This document shows, piece after piece, positions 63,351-64,000 of a DNA stretch of 64,000 bases. The stretch spans positions 864,001 through 928,000 of the forward strand of contig CAWGMQ010000011.1 in assembly GCA_963823665.1 (NCBI GenBank). The letters are read 5' to 3'. Source of the DNA: an uncultured Planctomycetota bacterium. Lineage in GTDB: Bacteria; Planctomycetota; Planctomycetia; Isosphaerales; Isosphaeraceae. Positions within the stretch are counted from its first letter, which is position 1. Each line of letters opens with the position of its first letter. A program made the position numbers and the translations under genes. A model generated the notes under the pieces. That model was not told where the DNA came from. It did no database searches and saw only the letters and a program-made list of their open reading frames with translations.

Positions 63351-63606
63351 GTTCGCTGTCGTACCAAGCCTCGTGCTGGGAATGTCCATACGCGCGATCC
63401 TACTTCTGCAACGGACCGCAGTTTACGGAAATATCGCCGCTTTATTCAACAGGCATTATAGCGACCCAGCGGCAAAAGTTCGAATGCCCGGGCCAAGTTG
63501 CGCGGAATTGTGTCGTAAAGTCTTACGGTACAATGACATCACATCGGAATAGGTCGGCGATCTAAACGGTTTGCTGGCCGCTGGGACAGCGGCCGAATCG
63601 GACAAG

Positions 63607-64000
63607 CTAGCTTCCGCGGCGACGGAACGATCGATTCGAGAGCAGCCGCGCGCGGGCAGGACGGCGCGGTCGGACGATGTCCCAGCCGCGCGCTCTGGCT
63701 AGCCGTAAAAGCCGTCCGCGGGGGTGCACCACGACCGCTCTGCCTACTCGTTCCAGCAAGCTGCGATCGCTCCAGTTGTCGGCGTAGGCGACGGCGTCTT
63801 GCATGTCGATCCCGTGGCTCGCGGCCCATTCCTCCGCCCAGTAACGCTTGCCGTCGCCATAGCAAGGTGGGCCCGACCCCATGCCGACCAGCCTGCCTCG
63901 TTCGTAAAGCACCGGGGTCGTGAGTGTGTCGCTGCATCCGAGATAGATGGCGAGGGGCTGAATCACGAGGCCGGGCGATGACGTGACCAGGACGATCGGC
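63607..64000 (-). CDS. HAD-IB (SerB-like) phosphatase, C-terminal part
   Basis: VLVTSSP motif II, CYGDGK, AYADNWSDRSLLERVG and VVHP; start lies beyond the window. Confidence 0.85.
   Translation of the reverse strand, partial: PIVLVTSSPGLVIQPLAIYLGCSDTLTTPVLYERGRLVGMGSGPPCYGDGKRYWAEEWAASHGIDMQDAVAYADNWSDRSLLERVGRAVVVHPRGRLLRLARARGWDIVRPRRPARARLLSNRSFRRRGS

Overview
GC-rich bacterial chromosomal DNA, very probably Planctomycetota (Isosphaeraceae-like). The lineage signatures are a DUF1592/DUF1552 pair, DUF4058, LE(E/D)RxLL-type secreted proteins, ECF sigma factor/Ser-Thr kinase modules, a zinc-ribbon SpoVG and a planctomycete-type CsrA. Housekeeping genes (addB/addA-like, ispE, spoVG, phoB-like, csrA, trxB, ftsH, bcp, archease) alternate with accessory blocks. 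About 14 single-base frameshifts in otherwise intact genes most likely reflect long-read indel errors. The most notable unexplained structure is a decayed, integrase-less integron-like cassette array at about 22.9-27.2 kb, where small co-oriented genes are followed by degenerate attC-like hairpins. Further attC-like sites occur at 41.7 kb and 51.5 kb. All four toxin-antitoxin loci in the window have a broken toxin and an intact partner. Other candidates are a MerR-HTH plus VIT-vWA-kinase operon under a perfect operator/leaderless promoter, a 68-bp-period intergenic mini-array, a sigma-like protein with a signal-peptide-like N-terminus, and a giant adhesin-sedolisin with a near-identical 636-bp internal duplication. 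No rRNA, tRNA, cas or integrase gene was seen. All family calls come from motif recognition by eye, not from database searches.
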